Source: a virus. From it: DNA of 38,207 bases. The notes below the pieces were generated by a model. The model was not told the DNA's origin. It made no database searches and saw nothing but the letters and a program-made list of their open reading frames with translations. The stretch is taken from the UHGV virus genome UHGV-0368255; one strand, written 5' to 3'. A program made the translations under genes and the position numbers. Each line of letters starts with the position of its first letter. Positions within the stretch are counted from its first letter, which is position 1. Shown piece after piece: positions 34,206 to 38,207 of the stretch.

Positions 34206-34486
34206 AACTCTTCTAAAACATCATCAAACAACTGCTCGCTACCATTTTCTTCAATGTAATCTGCAATTGCGATCTCACTTACTTTCGGTGTTTCTGTTGA
34301 ATTAGCAACTTTCAACATCTCTACAAGAGTTTCTACATCTTTATTAAGAAAATTTGATAATATTGTTTCCATTCCCATTTTCATCGTTAACCCTTGTTCA
34401 GTCACAGAATATCGACGATTCATCTCTTTAATGAATCCATAACCAAAAATAAAATCATATTCTTTTTCCTTTATAACTAGCCTCAT
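34142..34486 (-). CDS. tail assembly chaperone (G-like)
   Basis: 114 aa acidic protein between the major tail and tape measure genes. Contains the slippery site near its 3' end. Confidence 0.65.
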   Translation of the reverse strand: MRLVIKEKEYDFIFGYGFIKEMNRRYSVTEQGLTMKMGMETILSNFLNKDVETLVEMLKVANSTETPKVSEIAIADYIEENGSEQLFDDVLEELKKSEFTKLKTNQLLEELQKR

Positions 34487-34531
34487 TGCTTTTCATCCTC
34501 CTTAAAATAAAAAGAGAGCATCTAAGCTCTC

Positions 34532-35083
34532 CTATGATCCTGTCGAAGTTGCTTTCACGGTATCTTTGAATGTATATTGAACGACAGCAGCTTGATCTTC
34601 TGTCAAGGTTGCATAACCATCTTGACCAACACCATTTACTGCAAATGATAAACTTAATTCAACGTTATCCTCTGCAGCAGCCGATGGAGTAAATTCAGAC
34701 ACATATGCTTGGTAATAAGTAGCTTTGTACTTATTTGCATTATCATCTGTTCCCTGTTCTGCTTTGTTGATTTCCCAAATTTCAATGATATCGCCATTTA
34801 ATAAGGCTTGTTTCATTTCATCTACATGGGAATCTCCTTTAGCAACTATTGAAGTAGCCGAAAAATCATATTCAACTGGGCTTAAACTTTGAACGTTTCC
34901 GTCTTTTGTCACTGTAGAGTCTGAATCTCTTGATAATCCATTTTCATGTTCTGTTTGAAATGCCATTTTCCAAGCAGCTTCCTGAGTTTCTTTTTTCAAT
35001 AAGCGATAAAGCAAAATGACATCAATACCTTTTAATGCTTCCATGTTCTTCCTCCTATCTAATTCTAAATTCAAGTGTGACAA
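34532..35083 (-). CDS. major tail protein
   Basis: 183 aa. Its position upstream of the chaperones and high predicted expression are typical. Confidence 0.65.
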   Translation of the reverse strand: MSHLNLELDRRKNMEALKGIDVILLYRLLKKETQEAAWKMAFQTEHENGLSRDSDSTVTKDGNVQSLSPVEYDFSATSIVAKGDSHVDEMKQALLNGDIIEIWEINKAEQGTDDNANKYKATYYQAYVSEFTPSAAAEDNVELSLSFAVNGVGQDGYATLTEDQAAVVQYTFKDTVKATSTGS

Positions 35084-35450
35084 CCGCTCGTTTTAGGGGC
35101 GTATTGGTTGTTGTGTCGTCCATCACTTGAATTCCACTTGCTTGATAATTTAAAGCCCAATAATAGCCTTCTGTGGCTTCTATCAATCTAGCTTCATTAA
35201 AAAGAGCAGATGCCATATTTGACACCTGCTTTCGTTTCTTCTGTAATCCCCAAACGGATAAAACCACAATCACAGACCCTTTAATGTCAGTTTTATTTAC
35301 TTCATGGATGGTCTGAGTGTTCTCAAATTCCACAAAGGGATAACCAACATCCTCTAAAGTTTTGTAATCGTATGTTTTATATCCAAGTTTGTTTTGGGAT
35401 ATTTTAAAAAGTTCATCAAAAATCGACTGATCTCTTGTCTTAATCATCAT
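35055..35450 (-). CDS. tail completion / tail terminator-like protein
   Basis: 131 aa gene between the gp10-like gene and the major tail gene. Confidence 0.45.
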   Translation of the reverse strand: MMIKTRDQSIFDELFKISQNKLGYKTYDYKTLEDVGYPFVEFENTQTIHEVNKTDIKGSVIVVLSVWGLQKKRKQVSNMASALFNEARLIEATEGYYWALNYQASGIQVMDDTTTNTPLKRAVVTLEFRIR

Positions 35451-35806
35451 TTCACCAAGGCTTTCATTTCAGCCATAAATTTGACTTTTTGATAATTAAA
35501 AGCTGGTCTAACATAAGGCTGGGCCGACATAAAGCGAGTTCCATATTCTACATAAGGAGCATAGTCTGCTGTCGGTCCTACAATACCAGTTAAACCAGCT
35601 TCTAAAAGATTCATGTTTATTGATCTTCGTAAGTAACCTGTATCCACTGGCGCACCTTTTTGCATTCGTTCAGTCATTTCAGCAGTATTACTTTTCACGA
35701 CTTTTTGAACGTCATTAAGCGTTGCTGCTTTTTTCAGATGTCGCATCAGCTGATCGATTCCTTTATATTCAAGTTGTGCCTTCATCAAGAACCACCTCTT
35801 GCACAA
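35447..35806 (-). CDS. HK97 gp10-family head-tail protein
   Basis: DTGYLRRS...YAPYVEYGT motif. Confidence 0.6.
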   Translation of the reverse strand: MCKRWFLMKAQLEYKGIDQLMRHLKKAATLNDVQKVVKSNTAEMTERMQKGAPVDTGYLRRSINMNLLEAGLTGIVGPTADYAPYVEYGTRFMSAQPYVRPAFNYQKVKFMAEMKALVK

Positions 35807-36095
35807 TTAAACTATTTCTATGTGCTGGATTTCTAGCTGTTTTTTGTTGCCAAGTCTTTCCTTCAATCTCGATATAGTCAAATGTAGGGATAGAAAAAAG
35901 AGGCTGCGTCCTAATGACCTTCGCCCCTTCTTCCACACTACCAAAAATAGTCACACTTCTATCAGTGCCAATATCTGTCACGTTTGCCTCTGTTCTTGTT
36001 CTTTCTGGTTTTCCTTCAACCCACTCACCGAGATCTGGATCATATTTAGAGTCAGATGAACGTTTAACAAATATAATTTCATCTGTAAATCTCAT
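35769..36095 (-). CDS. head closure / head-tail adaptor protein
   Basis: 108 aa gene in the connector cluster. Confidence 0.5.
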   Translation of the reverse strand: MRFTDEIIFVKRSSDSKYDPDLGEWVEGKPERTRTEANVTDIGTDRSVTIFGSVEEGAKVIRTQPLFSIPTFDYIEIEGKTWQQKTARNPAHRNSLIVQEVVLDEGTT

Positions 36096-36421
36096 ATAAA
36101 TTTAAACCTCCCTCGATTTGGCTTGTACAACTCTTCCTGATCTTTACGCTTAAATTCGTCAATCTCATTTTGATACTCTGAAAAATCCGAATCAGGAAAA
36201 GCCATAGATAAACCTTCTTGAGAATATGACTGCATACCTTCTTGACCAATTCTATTGAATCTTTTCAACGATACTTCATATACAACTGTTTCAAATTCTT
36301 TAGGAACTTCTTGCGTATTTAACAAGGTTTTCATACGCTCATTCGTTCTTCGCTCAATAACTTCAAGCTTTTCATCTAGTGTTCCTTTAAGAAGTTTTTT
36401 AATATCCTCTGCAATCGTCAT
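36092..36421 (-). CDS. gp6-like head-tail connector protein
   Basis: 109 aa. First gene after the capsid gene. Confidence 0.5.
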   Translation of the reverse strand: MTIAEDIKKLLKGTLDEKLEVIERRTNERMKTLLNTQEVPKEFETVVYEVSLKRFNRIGQEGMQSYSQEGLSMAFPDSDFSEYQNEIDEFKRKDQEELYKPNRGRFKFI

Positions 36422-36432
36422 ATTTTTACTTC

Positions 36433-36726
36433 CTAACTAGCAGGTTGACCTGTCACATTGATTGAAGTAGTGAATTCTCCAGAAGTAAATGTGAATGTTG
36501 CTGATCCTTCTGCTGCAATCGTTCCATCAAAACCACCATTTTCATTTTTGGTCACTGTTGCGATAGCTCCATCACTTGAAGTTGCTGTAGTAGCTGCAAC
36601 AACAGTAGCTGCATCGCTAGCATCTGCAGGCATAGCTGAAATAGTAAATGTTTTAGTATCGCCTACTTTACCGGTCCATGTCTTTTGATTTGGCACAATA
36701 CCGGTAGCAGGCGTTACGCTTTTGGG
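36433..36726 (-). CDS. Ig-like (Big_2-type) domain appended to the major capsid protein by a -1 programmed frameshift
   Basis: The frame is open from 36744. There is no RBS, and the only in-frame start is a GTG. The slippery heptamer C_CCA_AAA (36720..36726) lies in the last codons of the capsid gene. The extension is T/S/A-rich and beta-rich, as in Ig-like decoration domains. Confidence 0.55.
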   Translation of the reverse strand, partial: PKSVTPATGIVPNQKTWTGKVGDTKTFTISAMPADASDAATVVAATTATSSDGAIATVTKNENGGFDGTIAAEGSATFTFTSGEFTTSINVTGQPAS

Positions 36727-37637
36727 GAAATCTTCCCAAATGCTTCATCTTTTACAATCATAAATCCAACATCCATTGTTGCACGCAAAGCAATCAGTTC
36801 TTGCTCAAACAAGTTAACTGGGGTTCCATCTTCATTAGTTAAAGTAGACAATTGGGCTTCTTCAGAAATCTTAAATGAAATATTATATGGGATTCCATAA
36901 AACATGTAATTAAAGTCTCCAGCGTAAAGAGTTCCTTTATCTAAAGACTTAAGGTCTACTACTGGTAATCCGTCAATTGTATTAGCAGAGCGATCATAAA
37001 TAAACTCAACATTTGACCCGACTGTTTGAGCTGCAGAACGTAATTCTGTACGATTTTTTCGGTTTGAAATAAACGCATTAGGTTCAAATTCATTTTCTGC
37101 TAATTTGTCTTCTAAGGCTAGGATATTATCATAAGTCAATCCGCCTTCAACCACATTCCCCGCACTAATAACTGATCCGTCTAGTGACTGAGGAAATGGG
37201 TTTTCTTTATTTAATAAGGCAGCTGCATCAAATTTTTTATAGAAAGCTTCAGCAATTTTTGGCTGCATCTCCTCAAAGAAATCTGATAATTTATAATTTA
37301 AATATTCACGAGAAACCGGAAGAATGACACCGAGTTTTTTTGCAGTCATCGTAGCTTGCATCCATTTAGGTTTAGACGTTTTAATTTTTTCACCTTCACC
37401 CACCCAGTATGCGCCTGGTCCTTCAGCAAAGTATTCAAATTTCTTTTCTTTGTCAGTCATTTCTTCGTATTTTGCTAACTGCATGATCTTAGAGTTTTCC
37501 ATAACTTCACTCAAAATGAGCGTATTATATTTATCAGGAATTTTTCCCTCTTTCGTTTCATATACCATAACATTATCTGGATCCCATGTTTGAGCAAACA
37601 TTTGCAAGTTCATAGGTAAAAGTTGTTTCTTTTTCAT
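36714..37637 (-). CDS. major capsid protein
   Basis: 307 aa. Follows the scaffold gene. N-terminal MKKKQLLPMNLQMFA pro-sequence. Confidence 0.8.
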   Translation of the reverse strand: MKKKQLLPMNLQMFAQTWDPDNVMVYETKEGKIPDKYNTLILSEVMENSKIMQLAKYEEMTDKEKKFEYFAEGPGAYWVGEGEKIKTSKPKWMQATMTAKKLGVILPVSREYLNYKLSDFFEEMQPKIAEAFYKKFDAAALLNKENPFPQSLDGSVISAGNVVEGGLTYDNILALEDKLAENEFEPNAFISNRKNRTELRSAAQTVGSNVEFIYDRSANTIDGLPVVDLKSLDKGTLYAGDFNYMFYGIPYNISFKISEEAQLSTLTNEDGTPVNLFEQELIALRATMDVGFMIVKDEAFGKISPKA

Positions 37638-37649
37638 TAAGTTTTCCTC

Positions 37650-38207
37650 CTATTTGATAATTCGATTTTTAGCAGCTAGTTTAGCTACGGTTTCTTTAGT
37701 ATTTTTCGATGCTGTAAATTGCCCACCTTCATTTGGTGGTGTTTGTCTTGCGTTTTCTTTCTTAATCAAAGAGGCAAAGTTAGCGATGACTGCTACAGCT
37801 TGTTTTGTGGCATCTGCATCATCAGAAACAATCAGCCCAAGTAAATCATCATCGTGTGGTAAATTTGCATCTGTCAGCATTTTAGAAGCTTCTTTCGTCA
37901 TTTCAGATAGTGCCTGTCCACGCTTTAATTCAGCGATTTCAGCTTCTTTTTGTTTCAACTCATGCTGTAGTTTTTCTTCCGCATTCATTTTTGCCAGCTT
38001 TTTAGCTTCTTCTTTTTTTGCTTCTAGTTCTTTTTCCCACGCTGCTTTTGCTTTGTTTGTCTCAGCAGCAATCATTTTCGCTACTTCATCACGAGAAAAT
38101 GTTTTGCCAGTATTGTTTTCTTCTTTTGCTGTGGGCGGTGTCTCTTGTGAGCCAGCTGGTAGGTTTCCTTTTTGTCCCTCATCACCAGATCCATCATCTC
38201 CTGGTTC
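37650..38207 (-). CDS. scaffold protein (partial in the window; the upstream part runs off the 3' end with no start, and the first 15 codons are at 45..1)
   Basis: Coiled-coil K/E/A-rich protein directly upstream of the major capsid gene. The frame stays open through 38207. Confidence 0.7.
   Translation of the reverse strand, partial: EPGDDGSGDEGQKGNLPAGSQETPPTAKEENNTGKTFSRDEVAKMIAAETNKAKAAWEKELEAKKEEAKKLAKMNAEEKLQHELKQKEAEIAELKRGQALSEMTKEASKMLTDANLPHDDDLLGLIVSDDADATKQAVAVIANFASLIKKENARQTPPNEGGQFTASKNTKETVAKLAAKNRIIK

Noticed and set aside
1-38207. Considered a chromosomal prophage with host flanks
   Set aside because: No host housekeeping genes are present. The attP-like tRNA fragment is intact and internal rather than split into attL/attR at the ends. 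The two window ends join in frame within the scaffold gene.

Overview
The window reads as a complete, circularly permuted genome of a temperate siphovirus from a low-GC Firmicutes host. The likely host is Enterococcus or a related genus. This call rests on an ArpU-family late regulator, an ImmR/ImmA-type immunity pair, an Amidase_2 endolysin, and L27-like N-terminal pro-sequences on the capsid proteins. The gene running off the 3' end (a scaffold protein) joins in frame with the 15-codon gene start at positions 45..1, so the sequence is best read as a circle opened inside the scaffold gene. Layout on the minus strand, high to low coordinates: scaffold, major capsid with an Ig-like domain appended by a -1 frameshift, head-tail connectors, major tail, G/GT chaperones with a -1 frameshift, tape measure, Dit, Tal, tail/receptor-binding proteins, XkdX-like, holin, amidase endolysin (38207..21361). 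Then comes an accessory region (21300..16372). It holds a membrane protein, an ABC-type ATPase plus a small TOPRIM-like partner that look like a two-gene abortive-infection/defence cassette, a candidate attP carrying the 3' ~60 nt of a tRNA(CAU) with its own terminator, and a two-gene cassette encoding a SHOCT/glycine-zipper protein. Next is the plus-strand lysogeny module: XRE repressor, ImmA metalloprotease, integrase (14069..16371). Then a genetic switch with two operator families (13800..14060). Then the minus-strand early region: antirepressor, Cro-like HTH, Sak/DUF1071-like protein, HNH-motif protein, replisome organizer with an internal origin, MazG, ArpU (13592..5969). Finally the packaging module: FtsK-gamma-like protein, terS, terL, portal, minor capsid (4804..173). 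No rRNA, CRISPR array or transposon is present. The most interesting locus is the accessory island between integrase and endolysin.
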